Source: an uncultured Spirochaetota bacterium (GTDB lineage: Bacteria; Spirochaetota; Brevinematia; Brevinematales; JAOACQ01). Taken from it: a DNA stretch of 64,000 bases. The position numbers and the translations under genes are program-made. The stretch lies in the NCBI GenBank assembly GCA_963768055.1, contig CAVYGN010000002.1:512001-576000 (forward strand). Direction: 5' to 3'. Shown one piece after another: positions 12,546-22,253 of this stretch (its first letter is position 1; the number at the start of each line of letters is the position of its first letter). The notes under the pieces were generated by a model. It saw nothing but the letters and a program-made list of their open reading frames with translations, searched no databases and had not been told where the DNA came from.

Positions 12546-13691
12546 ATGTTTAAAAAAATTATTTTATCATACATGAGATTTATCCCGGCGCTGTTAATAC
12601 CCGCTTTATTTTCATGCGAGCTCTTCTACGCCCCGGGGGCTTACGACAAGCTGAACTCGTCCTCATCCTCATCCTCATCTTCATCTCCTGTCATAACCAA
12701 CTCGGTTACGAACGTGACATTGTATATCGCTGGCCAGGATCCTGCGGGTGGAGCCCTCTGGACGGTAACCATGAATGGAACGGTTACGAATATCGTTAAA
12801 ACCGTCATGCCGAATTCGGTTTCGGCAAGCTGGGTGGCTCTTAACGGAGATACTCTCTATATCGCAGGGAGAAGCGGGGTCTCGCCGAACTATTACGGCT
12901 GTTACTGGACGGTTAAGACAAACGGAGGCACTCCGGTTGAAAACGATGTAACTCCGGTAGATATAACCGGCGGTTACGGTTGTTCTCTTTTTTGGATCGG
13001 GTTCGACCCCAATGGAAACCTTTGCTGCACCGGCGATGATGAAAACGATTATCAGTGCTATTGGCTGAACGGCATCAAATATACTGAAAATAGTGCAATG
13101 TGGGGGATGCCGTACAATCTCGTATTTTCAGGCGGCAATTACTATACCGTAGGGTACAACAACGGCAGCACGACTTCGTGGCTATGCATAAATAACCCTG
13201 TTCAAATATCAATACCGGGCGCAGGGTGGTATCTCGGCGGATTGGTCGTAAATAACGGCGTCATATATGTAAGCGGTACAATGAGTTCCGTTGGAAATTC
13301 ATCTGTATGGATATCTTCGAACAGCGGCGCTACATTCAACACCATCCCGTTGAACGGGACAGTTAATGATTGCGCATATCCATGCTATTTCGGTTCTTAC
13401 CTTTATTTGCCCGGCATTTCGGCTTCCTCTTATCCATGTTACTGGACTTTAGACAGCTATGGAAATACGAGCCAGGTAATACTTGATCATGTTTCCACCG
13501 GAGAGGTCAAGTTTATGATTGTAACAAACAATACCGTCTTTTCCGCCGGAATTGACAATAGTCAACCGGTTTACTGGATCGGCACAAGCGAATATATCCT
13601 CGATACCGGTGGTAATGGTATAGGCTTAGTCGTAACATATAACATCGTTAATACGTACCTGCCGCAGGGGAAGAACGGAAAAACACGCTGA
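12546..13691 (+). CDS. Lipoprotein with poly-Ser linker and probable beta-propeller, copy 2
   Basis: Lipobox LFSC; nearly identical to 11248..12399. Confidence 0.78.
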   Translation: MFKKIILSYMRFIPALLIPALFSCELFYAPGAYDKLNSSSSSSSSSSPVITNSVTNVTLYIAGQDPAGGALWTVTMNGTVTNIVKTVMPNSVSASWVALNGDTLYIAGRSGVSPNYYGCYWTVKTNGGTPVENDVTPVDITGGYGCSLFWIGFDPNGNLCCTGDDENDYQCYWLNGIKYTENSAMWGMPYNLVFSGGNYYTVGYNNGSTTSWLCINNPVQISIPGAGWYLGGLVVNNGVIYVSGTMSSVGNSSVWISSNSGATFNTIPLNGTVNDCAYPCYFGSYLYLPGISASSYPCYWTLDSYGNTSQVILDHVSTGEVKFMIVTNNTVFSAGIDNSQPVYWIGTSEYILDTGGNGIGLVVTYNIVNTYLPQGKNGKTR

Positions 13692-13806
13692 TTTACACCT
13701 TTGCCTCGGTCGTCTTTGTCCCATTATAGGACGAATTTGATTAATCCCCTTTTTCTCAATATAATTAAACAGTTGTTTTTTTTATCGTCAAGGAGACTGT
13801 TGCATA

Positions 13807-15345
13807 ATGAACTATATCAGCACAAGGGGCAATCACACCCCGGTAGGAAGCGCGGAAGCCATCATGACAGGCATGGTCCCGGAGGGCGGGCTTTTCGTGC
13901 CGGATGAAATACCCGAAGTAGATATAGGAAGGCTTTCAGGAAAATCCTACCGGGATACTGCTTTCGAAATCCTCAAGCTCTTTCTCTGCTCCGAAGAAAA
14001 TTATTCGGAGGCAGGGCTTGCAGAATACATCGGCAAAGCCTACAACTCAGCCAAGTTCGACTCGGAAAAAATAACTCCGCTCCGTTTCCTCGATGAAAAT
14101 ACCGCGGTTCTGGAATTATGGCATGGCCCTACAGCTGCTTTCAAGGATCTTGCGCTGCAGATCATGCCGTACCTGATAACAGGCGGCCTGCAGATCCTCA
14201 ATATCGACAAAGAAATCGTAATACTTGTCGCGACGTCGGGCGATACCGGAAAAGCCGCTCTTGAAGGATTTAAAAACGTTCCGGGCACGAGAATAATTGT
14301 CTTTTATCCGGAGAACGGCGTCAGCCCGATTCAGGAAGCGCAGATGCTTACGACCGGGGGCGCAAACACTCATGCCATAGGCATTAAAGGAAATTTCGAC
14401 GACTGCCAGAATATCGTAAAGGAGATTTTTGCCGACAGCGATTATAATATGCTCCTAAACAAAAAGGGGGTTAAACTGTCAAGCGCCAACTCTATAAACT
14501 GGGGAAGGCTCGCGCCTCAGATAGTTTATTATTTCAGTGCATATTTCCAGATGGTTGAAAACAAGACTATTCTGATCGGGGACGAGATCGACATCTGTGT
14601 TCCCACAGGTAATTTCGGGAACATTCTCGCGGCATTTTACGCACGGGAAATGGGCCTGCCGGTCTCAAAACTCATCTGCGCCTCAAACAAAAACAACGTT
14701 CTCACTGAATTCATCAGGACGGGAGTTTACAATAAAAACAGGGACTTTTTTAAAACGAGCAGCCCCTCGATGGACATCCTTATTTCTTCCAATCTCGAGC
14801 GATTTTTATTCGCCGTATCAGGCGGCAACCCCATAAAAATCGTCAGGTGGTACAATGAACTAAACCAGACCGGCGAGTTCAAAGTCGATGACACGACCCG
14901 GCAGAGGATAGGCAATATTCTTTTCGGCGATTTCGCTACGGAAGAAGAGACATACTCTTTCATAAAAAAGATTTTCAATAAAAAGGGCTATCTGATCGAT
15001 ACCCACACCTCTGTGGGAATAAAAGCGCTCGATACCTACAGGAATTCCCGGAAGAACGTCAAGCCCGCTATTATATGCGGGACGGCTTCGCCCTATAAAT
15101 TCAATTCCTCGGTTTATTCCGCTATTACGGGGGATTCATCGCTAACCGACGAATTCATCATATTAAAGAAATTAATGGGAAAGACAGGCACTCCCCTCCC
15201 CAAATCGATTGAAGAACTTGAGAATCTGGAAATCCGGCCCCGGAGAGTGATAGAAATTGCAAAAGCCCGTGAAACGATCGCCGGCATCCTCAGCCCGGAA
15301 AGGAAAATCCGATTAAGCCTTAAAAAGGAGAGACCTGCTCTTTAA
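13807..15345 (+). CDS. thrC: Threonine synthase
   Basis: YISTRG, ELWHGPTAAFKD (PLP Lys), ATSGDTG, SANSINWGRL, PTGNFGN. Confidence 0.95.
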   Translation: MNYISTRGNHTPVGSAEAIMTGMVPEGGLFVPDEIPEVDIGRLSGKSYRDTAFEILKLFLCSEENYSEAGLAEYIGKAYNSAKFDSEKITPLRFLDENTAVLELWHGPTAAFKDLALQIMPYLITGGLQILNIDKEIVILVATSGDTGKAALEGFKNVPGTRIIVFYPENGVSPIQEAQMLTTGGANTHAIGIKGNFDDCQNIVKEIFADSDYNMLLNKKGVKLSSANSINWGRLAPQIVYYFSAYFQMVENKTILIGDEIDICVPTGNFGNILAAFYAREMGLPVSKLICASNKNNVLTEFIRTGVYNKNRDFFKTSSPSMDILISSNLERFLFAVSGGNPIKIVRWYNELNQTGEFKVDDTTRQRIGNILFGDFATEEETYSFIKKIFNKKGYLIDTHTSVGIKALDTYRNSRKNVKPAIICGTASPYKFNSSVYSAITGDSSLTDEFIILKKLMGKTGTPLPKSIEELENLEIRPRRVIEIAKARETIAGILSPERKIRLSLKKERPAL

Positions 15346-15815
15346 TCGCCGAAAAAACGCTTGTGAAGAAGACGTACGGTATCATCGGCCCTGTCTTTCA
15401 TGATCACGACCGATATTTTAATTTCAGACGTAGATATCATCTGTATATTGATCCCGGCCTTCGCAAGCTCGTCAAAAACGGACGCGGCGACCCCGGAATG
15501 GCTTTTCATACCTATTCCTACAACCGACACTATTGCAATATTTTTATTATAGCTTACATCCTCCGCATTCAGGTCTTTTTTAAGCCTGTCCATTATTTTT
15601 TCCGTTTCATCGATATCTGTCGATAGGACAGTAAAGGAAATCTGGCTTTTTGAATCCCTTCCGACGCTTTGTACGATCATATTTACGTTGATATTGGATT
15701 CTCCCAGTTTTTTGAAAATTACCGAAGCAACCCCCGGCATATCCTGAATTCCCGAAATATTGACCTGCGTCTCATCGTCCTTTTTTGCGATGCCCGTTAT
15801 TACCATATCTTCCAT
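15342..15815 (-). CDS. Putative aspartokinase beta subunit from internal in-frame start (Met246)
   Basis: AAGGAG (15827-15822) 6 nt before in-frame ATG at the start of the ACT domains. Confidence 0.6.
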   Translation of the reverse strand: MEDMVITGIAKKDDETQVNISGIQDMPGVASVIFKKLGESNINVNMIVQSVGRDSKSQISFTVLSTDIDETEKIMDRLKKDLNAEDVSYNKNIAIVSVVGIGMKSHSGVAASVFDELAKAGINIQMISTSEIKISVVIMKDRADDTVRLLHKRFFGD

Positions 15816-16550
15816 ATAATACTCCTTAACTACCAGGGTACCCTCGTTTTCAATAAAGGTGGATACAACTCTGAGGGGAACTCCGTATTTCATGGCAAAT
15901 ATAACCGAGCGGTCATGGAGGACTTTCGCCCCCATCGATGCCAGTTCGAGCATCTCGTCATGAGTGATGAATGAAAGCTTTTTTGCGTTTTTCACAATCC
16001 TCGGATCCGCAGTATAAATCCCGTCAACGTCGGTATATATATCGCACCTGTCCGCTTTTAAAGCCGCAGCGATTGCGACGGCGGTAGTATCTGAACCGCC
16101 CCGGCCGAGAGTGGTGATGTTCCCGTCTTCATCTATTCCCTGGAAACCGGCAACTACTACAATTTTCCCCTCTTTTAGAGATTTAAGCAATTTTTCCGTG
16201 TTTATGTCGAGTATCCTCGCTTTTGTGAAATCAGCGGTCGTTTTGATCCCGATCTGAGCCGCATTATATGAAATCGCGTCAATACCCAGGTTATGTATAG
16301 CCATCGACAGCAGGGCTATCGAAACCTGTTCGCCTGTCGATATAAGCATATCCATTTCCCTTTTCGAAGGATTTTTTGTCACCTGCTTTCCAAGGCTGAT
16401 CAGGTAATCCGTTGTTCCGCTCATAGCGGAAACTACAACAACGACCTCGTTGCCTTTATTTTTTGTACCTATAACTTTTTCAGCCACATTCCTGATCCTG
16501 TCAACATCGCCGACTGAGGTGCCCCCGAATTTTTGTACGATCAGCGCCAC
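15342..16550 (-). CDS. lysC: Aspartate kinase
   Basis: VQKFGGTSV, TLGRGGSD, DVDGIYTADP, two ACT domains; GTG start after GGAGG. Confidence 0.96.
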   Translation of the reverse strand: MALIVQKFGGTSVGDVDRIRNVAEKVIGTKNKGNEVVVVVSAMSGTTDYLISLGKQVTKNPSKREMDMLISTGEQVSIALLSMAIHNLGIDAISYNAAQIGIKTTADFTKARILDINTEKLLKSLKEGKIVVVAGFQGIDEDGNITTLGRGGSDTTAVAIAAALKADRCDIYTDVDGIYTADPRIVKNAKKLSFITHDEMLELASMGAKVLHDRSVIFAMKYGVPLRVVSTFIENEGTLVVKEYYMEDMVITGIAKKDDETQVNISGIQDMPGVASVIFKKLGESNINVNMIVQSVGRDSKSQISFTVLSTDIDETEKIMDRLKKDLNAEDVSYNKNIAIVSVVGIGMKSHSGVAASVFDELAKAGINIQMISTSEIKISVVIMKDRADDTVRLLHKRFFGD

Positions 16551-16737
16551 AATAATCCTCCACCTGCGAAAATACTGCCGTTATTATACAATAAAATCTA
16601 TATTTTTAAAAGAAACGTAAATTACGAATATCGAATTACGAATTATTGTGATTGAATCGCCCTTGACATACCTATCGACCTGTTATAAACTAAACTACTT
16701 TCAATTGACCCGACAAATGGATAGGATGGAAAGTCTA

Positions 16738-17364
16738 ATGGCCGGAGGATTCTTTATTACAATGGAAGGCATCGAGGGCAGCGGAAAATCGACGCAGGCG
16801 CGTTGCCTTTACAATTATCTCATCAGTATGGGATTCGACGCTATTCTGACACATGAACCCGGGGGCACCGACACTGGTGCTATGATTCGCGATATCCTGC
16901 TGAATTCAAAGTCCCTGACGCCTTATTGTGAACTTTTTCTATTTATGGCGGACAGGAGCCAGCATGTCGAGGAACTGATCAAGCCGGCTCTCGCCAGAGG
17001 AGCCATAGTCGTTTCCGATAGATTCTATCACTCCACCTTCGCATACCAGGCGGGGGGAAGGGGCATTGATGGAGAATTAATTAACAATCTTAATGATCTG
17101 GCGGTAAATACCGTCAGGCCCGATCTCACATTTTATATCGATATTCCGCCTGAAACCGGTCTTTCCAGGAAGCGGGCCGCCAGCCATTCCCTCGATAGGA
17201 TAGAAAAAGAGGATCTGGAGTTCCATCGCTCTATACGGGAAGCTTATATTAGGATGTCCCATACCGACAGTACAATAGCCGTAATAAACGGCGATCGGGA
17301 AAAAGAAGAGATATGCAATGAAATCGCCGGGCTGTTCTTTAACAAATTCAATGGAACGGTTTAG
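16738..17364 (+). CDS. tmk: Thymidylate kinase
   Basis: FITMEGIEGSGKST, HEPGGT, DRFYHSTFAYQ. Confidence 0.95.
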   Translation: MAGGFFITMEGIEGSGKSTQARCLYNYLISMGFDAILTHEPGGTDTGAMIRDILLNSKSLTPYCELFLFMADRSQHVEELIKPALARGAIVVSDRFYHSTFAYQAGGRGIDGELINNLNDLAVNTVRPDLTFYIDIPPETGLSRKRAASHSLDRIEKEDLEFHRSIREAYIRMSHTDSTIAVINGDREKEEICNEIAGLFFNKFNGTV

Positions 17365-17366
17365 AA

Positions 17367-18512
17367 ATGGAAAATGTTGTTCTTCTGGGTGCAACCGGTT
17401 CTATTGGATCTTCAGTTCTTGAGGTGCTTAGAAGTTATCCGTCGGAATTTAAACTTGTCGGAGTAAGCGGCCATAAAAATCTCGCCAGGCTCGGAAAAAT
17501 CGTCAGGGAATTTTCCCCTGAATTTATCTGCCTGACGGAAGAAAACAAGGATTTTATAAAGCAGTTTCCACACCTTTCTTTCGGTTTCGGTAAAAAAGGG
17601 CTTATTGAGTCGGCGAAACTGCCTTCCGCAGGAACCGTGATTATAGGAATCGCAGGTATAGCCGGCCTTTCCCCCTCTCTCGCTGCCGCAGAAGAAAGGA
17701 AAAGGATACTCTCTGCAAACAAGGAATCAATTGTCGCGGCAGGGGATATCCTGAACAGGGTCCTTGCCGGCGCCGGGGTTGGTATTATTCCCTTAGACAG
17801 CGAACATAACGCAATATTCAATATTTTTTCAAGGATCCAAAAAAAATTTATTAAAACCATCTGCCTCACTGCTTCAGGCGGGCCGTTCCTTCGTAAAACG
17901 ATAACTCCTGATGTAACACCTGAGGATGTTCTTAATCACCCTGTCTGGGATATGGGCAAGACTATCACTGTCAACAGCGCCACTTTGATCAATAAGGGCT
18001 TTGAAGTCATTGAAGCTCATCACCTTTTCAACATGGAATATGAGAGGATAAAAGTTCTTATTCATCCCCAATCCCTTGTGCATGGAATCGTCGAAACTAT
18101 TGACGGATCGCAATTTATGGCCTGTTCTCCGAGTGATATGCGTTACCCCATAGCCTTATCGCTTTTTTATCCTGAAATACCGGAACAAAAGTTTCCATCC
18201 CTCGATCTTGCCGGAAGAAAGCTTGAATTTTCAAATCCGGACTATGAAAAATTCCCCCTTCTTAAATTAGCATACGATGCCGGTATTGAAGGCGGCATCA
18301 TACCGGCTGTTCTGAACGCAGCCAATGAAACAGCGGTCGAGTTTTTCCTGAAAGGGGCTATAGGTTTTCCTGAAATTCCTGTAATAGTAAAGCGTACTAT
18401 CGATGCCTTTTCAGCTGAAAATACAAATAAAAAGGAACTTACCCTTGAAGTTATCCTTGAAAAAGATATGGAAGCCAGGCTCTTCGCGAGAAAAATAATC
18501 GAAAGCCGCTAA
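17367..18512 (+). CDS. dxr: 1-deoxy-D-xylulose-5-phosphate reductoisomerase
   Basis: LGATGSIG, ANKES, PLDSEH, TASGGPF, HPVWDMG, NKGFEVIEAH. Confidence 0.96.
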   Translation: MENVVLLGATGSIGSSVLEVLRSYPSEFKLVGVSGHKNLARLGKIVREFSPEFICLTEENKDFIKQFPHLSFGFGKKGLIESAKLPSAGTVIIGIAGIAGLSPSLAAAEERKRILSANKESIVAAGDILNRVLAGAGVGIIPLDSEHNAIFNIFSRIQKKFIKTICLTASGGPFLRKTITPDVTPEDVLNHPVWDMGKTITVNSATLINKGFEVIEAHHLFNMEYERIKVLIHPQSLVHGIVETIDGSQFMACSPSDMRYPIALSLFYPEIPEQKFPSLDLAGRKLEFSNPDYEKFPLLKLAYDAGIEGGIIPAVLNAANETAVEFFLKGAIGFPEIPVIVKRTIDAFSAENTNKKELTLEVILEKDMEARLFARKIIESR

Positions 18513-18557
18513 ATCATTGTTCCCTGATTAAAAAATTTAACCTTGATGACTATCTGG

Positions 18558-18878
18558 TTATCTGTTCGATAAGAGGAATTTATATACCATATCGCCAAGG
18601 CCTATGCCGCCCGATTTCGATATTAACTTCGAGTATTCACTATAAAGCATGTCTTCAAAAATATCCTGTTTGAGCCCGCCGTTAAGCCATTCGTCTTTGG
18701 GGACTGTATTCCTCATAGATTTGAAAAGCTGTTCAATAAAAAGCGATTCAAATTGACTGGAAGTTTCTCTGATTTTTTTCTCATCCATACCCTTATAATT
18801 TCTTTTTCCAAGGGTATCAATCCTTCCGTTTTCCATGCTTTCCCTGGCGGAAAACAGGCTCTCGCTCCCGATCTGCAT
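18558..18878 (-). CDS. flgJ: FlgJ-like rod-binding protein (no muramidase domain)
   Basis: QFESLFIEQLFKSMRNTV...FEDMLYSEY...GIGLGDM; preceded by sigma28 promoter. Confidence 0.8.
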   Translation of the reverse strand: MQIGSESLFSARESMENGRIDTLGKRNYKGMDEKKIRETSSQFESLFIEQLFKSMRNTVPKDEWLNGGLKQDIFEDMLYSEYSKLISKSGGIGLGDMVYKFLLSNR

Positions 18879-18895
18879 ATTAATCTCCAGCTTTA

Positions 18896-18922
18896 TTATC
18901 GGCCGGAGATAAGAACCCTTTA
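18896..18922 (-). promoter_or_regulatory. Sigma28 (FliA) promoter of flgJ
   Basis: Minus strand TAAA-N15-GCCGATAA, exact consensus. Confidence 0.85.
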
Positions 18923-20938
18923 ATGGACTTCGTTATCTTTTCTGCCCTTTTCATCAACCGGCTGTCCCAAATTTAACGGTTCAAAGAATAAAAATTCGGA
19001 TCTGCCGGAAGATTTTTTGAAATTTTCATCCCAGCTTACCCTGAACCCGAGAAAATTTTTCTTGCGAAGGAATAAGGTGTTATTGGTGTCCATTTGTAAA
19101 GCGACATTCATACTCAAATCCTTTCCAGGCAGTATCTCTTTGATTGTATCATTCCTGGAAATTAACTTCCCGACATCGGTAAGATATTCGATTTTAAAAT
19201 TATCGAGTTTTTCCGATGCCGTATTTTCCAGATTGAAAGTTATTAAAATTTCCTTTTTTTCGGGATTGATGCTTGACGATGTAATTTTTATGACAAGCGG
19301 TTCAGTATTATATGCCTGTTTTAATTGATATATGATCTCTCCCACACCCAGCATCCATTCATTTGGAGTGTAAGGTCCCCTCCTGCCGAACATTATCTTA
19401 TAAAGGTCGTTTATTAAAATTCCATTGGCTATCCGTGTACTCGAAATATTTTTTACTAACTGAAGGTTCGCCCCGACATAATTTTCTATTGCACTGATGT
19501 CGAAACCGTTTACATCCACATTCTGATAATCGAAATAATAAGATATGATCAAATTGTTAATATAACGCGAAATGATTGGATTTTTACTCAGGCCTGCGAG
19601 GTTTTCGGGTATTTTATCATAGCCGATATTAAAATCGATTATAACAAAATCTATGCCGGCCGATATCAGCGCGGATAGTATTGAGGGATTTTCCATCAGT
19701 AATTTGTAATCCATCCGGTAAAATAAGGGTTTCTTATGTCCCGTTTTTTCCACGATTTCTCTTATATAATCAGAAATGAAATAAAGCTTCCACATTGAGA
19801 ATCTGTTCAGATTAGCGCTGTCTTTAAATTTATTTTTGAATAGTGCAAATTTACCATTATAATCCAGGTCGTTCCAATTGGCAGGAACACTGATGCTGCA
19901 ATCCCTGATGTAATTATCGATAAGTTCCGCTCCGTAATTGCTCGACATAAATATATCCGACATCCCGACATATGAAATGTTTTCGTTGTCCATGAAAGAG
20001 GAGAGGAGTTTTATAATGCTCTTTTTCCTGTTATCATCTAAGAGGGATATATATGTCGGATCTTCGCCGTAACCTTCTCCCTTAAAATAAAGGACTGTCT
20101 TATAACCTATTTTTTTTGTATCGACTCCCTCGACATTCAGACACCGGGCATAAACCCCGAAATGCTTGTCCCTTTTACCTATCTTGTCCGCCAGGGCGAT
20201 CGATTCGTTGAGCTTGTCCATGTCCCAGGGTGAATCTAGGGTTACATCCTCCTGGAAGGTTTTCGTTATACCCGAAAGCATAATTATACCGTCGGCCGAT
20301 ATAAAATTGACCCATTCAGGTATATAATTCCAGTCGACTTCCTTTCCCTCGGCGGATAAAATACTTCTCTTGGAGACCCTTTCAAGAGAATCAATCCCCA
20401 TAAAAACCTGCCCCTTATTCAGAACGAACTTCGGGCCGGCTTCTTCGATTACAAAACTGTTTTTAGAAACTACCGGAGCTTCAGGGGTGTCGATAAAACC
20501 CGAAGCCTTGATATCGACTTTGCCTTCGATCCCCGGATTTTCAGGAAAATAATAGCCAATCCAGGCTTTCTGATCACTGAAATAAACAAGAGTTATTTTG
20601 TCATTGCCGTCAATATTCCTGATTTTAATCCCGTCATTATAAAACTCTACCTGTATGACTGCATTCTCAGGAATTTTCTGGTCTTCTTTTGCCTGTATCC
20701 GGGCAAACAATTTTATCTTTTCAAATTTACGATATACTTTTTTATCGGTTTCAATTTTTAATCGATAATCGGTATTGTTCTGCTCATTGAATCCAGCTGA
20801 TTCCTCGCCGTTCAATTCTATGCCGATATAGTTTTCTTCCAGGAAATGACGGATAGGCGTATAAAAAATATTGCCGGCGATTAGTAATAAAGCGATTAAG
20901 CACAAAAAACCTATTGATAAAGTACGTAATATTTTCAT
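18920..20938 (-). CDS. Hypothetical membrane-anchored protein
   Basis: 672-aa ORF with N-terminal TM/signal; no motif recognised. Confidence 0.7.
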   Translation of the reverse strand: MKILRTLSIGFLCLIALLLIAGNIFYTPIRHFLEENYIGIELNGEESAGFNEQNNTDYRLKIETDKKVYRKFEKIKLFARIQAKEDQKIPENAVIQVEFYNDGIKIRNIDGNDKITLVYFSDQKAWIGYYFPENPGIEGKVDIKASGFIDTPEAPVVSKNSFVIEEAGPKFVLNKGQVFMGIDSLERVSKRSILSAEGKEVDWNYIPEWVNFISADGIIMLSGITKTFQEDVTLDSPWDMDKLNESIALADKIGKRDKHFGVYARCLNVEGVDTKKIGYKTVLYFKGEGYGEDPTYISLLDDNRKKSIIKLLSSFMDNENISYVGMSDIFMSSNYGAELIDNYIRDCSISVPANWNDLDYNGKFALFKNKFKDSANLNRFSMWKLYFISDYIREIVEKTGHKKPLFYRMDYKLLMENPSILSALISAGIDFVIIDFNIGYDKIPENLAGLSKNPIISRYINNLIISYYFDYQNVDVNGFDISAIENYVGANLQLVKNISSTRIANGILINDLYKIMFGRRGPYTPNEWMLGVGEIIYQLKQAYNTEPLVIKITSSSINPEKKEILITFNLENTASEKLDNFKIEYLTDVGKLISRNDTIKEILPGKDLSMNVALQMDTNNTLFLRKKNFLGFRVSWDENFKKSSGRSEFLFFEPLNLGQPVDEKGRKDNEVH

Positions 20939-20948
20939 AAAGACCGCC

Positions 20949-21143
20949 TTACTTTTTTTCGAGCATCGCCTTTATAGGCAAATACACCAGTATTCCGACT
21001 ATCATTCCCAGCAGGCAGGATAAAGGGAACATGGTAAAAATCCTGTCAGGATAAAGCCTGAAAAAAAATATGACAAATAGAGAGGCTAGCAAAAAAGAAA
21101 GCCCGTTAAGAATCATAAGAATAAAAAATAGGCGCTTGCCCAC
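20949..21143 (-). CDS. Small two-TM membrane protein
   Basis: GTG start after AGGAGG; two hydrophobic helices. Confidence 0.65.
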   Translation of the reverse strand: MGKRLFFILMILNGLSFLLASLFVIFFFRLYPDRIFTMFPLSCLLGMIVGILVYLPIKAMLEKK

Positions 21144-21264
21144 AACGACCTCCTGTTAAAATAATTAAGGGTGGGACTTTTATGCCCGTAGGGCCGTAGG
21201 TAGAAGCACCCTTGAGTAATTATATAATAAAGTCCAAAAATATTAAAGAAAGAAGAGCCTATTA

Positions 21265-21307
21265 TGTCATTTCGAGGAACAGGATGAGTGCTACACTTGA
21301 AATGACA
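21265..21307. repeat. REP-like palindrome
   Basis: TGTCATTTCGAG...CTTGAAATGACA inverted repeat. Confidence 0.5.
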
Positions 21308-21326
21308 GTATTAAAGAATGTTTAAT

Positions 21327-21355
21327 TTGAATATTTAATTACATTATTATATACT
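21327..21355 (+). promoter_or_regulatory. Sigma70-type promoter of the response regulator
   Basis: TTGAAT-N17-TATACT. Confidence 0.55.
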
Positions 21356-21381
21356 TTTTCAAGTTTGATAAGGAAAATCCC

Positions 21382-22104
21382 ATGAAACCTCTTATCGCCA
21401 TAGTGGAAGACGAAGAAGACATAGCCGAACTTGAATCACTGTCGCTTACGAGAGAGGGCTATAATACAAGAATATTCAAGACAGGCACCGATTTTCTGGG
21501 CAGCCTCGAGCACGGCGATAATTATATTATGATCATTCTTGACCTTATGCTCCCTGAAATGAGCGGAACTGAAATACTGAAACTCATAAAAAACAATCAC
21601 TCATTCGAGGCTTATAAAAATACGCCGGTAATAATAGTATCTGCCAGGAACACCGAGTTAGACAAAGTTCTGGGGCTTGAATTCGGTGCGGACGACTATA
21701 TCTCCAAACCATTCAGCCCAAGGGAATTGATAGCGAGGACCAGGGCACTTCTCAGGCGTTCCACCGGTGTATTCCAGGAAACACCTTCAGGCCTGACCAT
21801 GAAGAAAATAATACGCATCGGCTGTATTGAAATCAACGAGGATAAATTCCAGGTTTTTATCGAAGGCAGGGAAATTTCTCTGACATCGGTAGAGTTCAAA
21901 ATCCTCGTTATTCTATCGAAAAGAAAAGGCTGGGTATTCGACAGGAACAAACTTATGGACCAGATATGGAGCGGTGAAAAAATAATCACCGGAAGAACGA
22001 TAGATGTCCATATCAAGCATTTGAGAGAAAAACTGGAGCCTTACGGCTCTTATATCAAAACCGTAAGGGGCGTAGGATACAAACTTGACGACAGGGTTGA
22101 ATAA
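21382..22104 (+). CDS. phoB: OmpR/PhoB-family response regulator, probable PhoB/PhoP
   Basis: IVEDE, LDLMLP, GADDYISKPF, RTIDVHIKHLREK, TVRGVGYK; adjacent to pst operon. Confidence 0.8.
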   Translation: MKPLIAIVEDEEDIAELESLSLTREGYNTRIFKTGTDFLGSLEHGDNYIMIILDLMLPEMSGTEILKLIKNNHSFEAYKNTPVIIVSARNTELDKVLGLEFGADDYISKPFSPRELIARTRALLRRSTGVFQETPSGLTMKKIIRIGCIEINEDKFQVFIEGREISLTSVEFKILVILSKRKGWVFDRNKLMDQIWSGEKIITGRTIDVHIKHLREKLEPYGSYIKTVRGVGYKLDDRVE

Positions 22105-22149
22105 GCGCTTAAACTTTTATATTAGACATCCGCTTCCTTATCTCCATAA

Positions 22150-22203
22150 TTAACCCAAAATTAACATTTCCTTCACGGGGTATTCATACCCCTGCCCTAA
22201 AAT
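22150..22203 (+). promoter_or_regulatory. Pho-box-like array and -10 element for porin-pst operon
   Basis: TTAACC/TTAACA/TTCACG/TTCATA at 22150, 22161, 22172, 22183 (11-bp period), then 9 nt, TAAAAT. Confidence 0.75.
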
Positions 22204-22253
22204 AATCGCGGTTTTTTGTTTGGGATTATATTCAATTTTGGAGGTATAGATTT

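Larger units (their letters stand above)
11246..13744 (+). repeat. Tandem duplication, about 1.2 kb units (11246-12452 and 12544-13744)
   Basis: Long identical stretches including 39 bp of non-coding 3' sequence (12414-12452 = 13706-13744). Confidence 0.95.

Noticed and set aside
11246..13744. Diversity-generating retroelement TR/VR pair
   Set aside because: Both copies are full genes, differences are not adenine-specific, and there is no reverse transcriptase in the window.
21311..21345. Pho box upstream of the response regulator
   Set aside because: No consistent 11-bp periodic hexamers; a normal -35/-10 pair explains the region.
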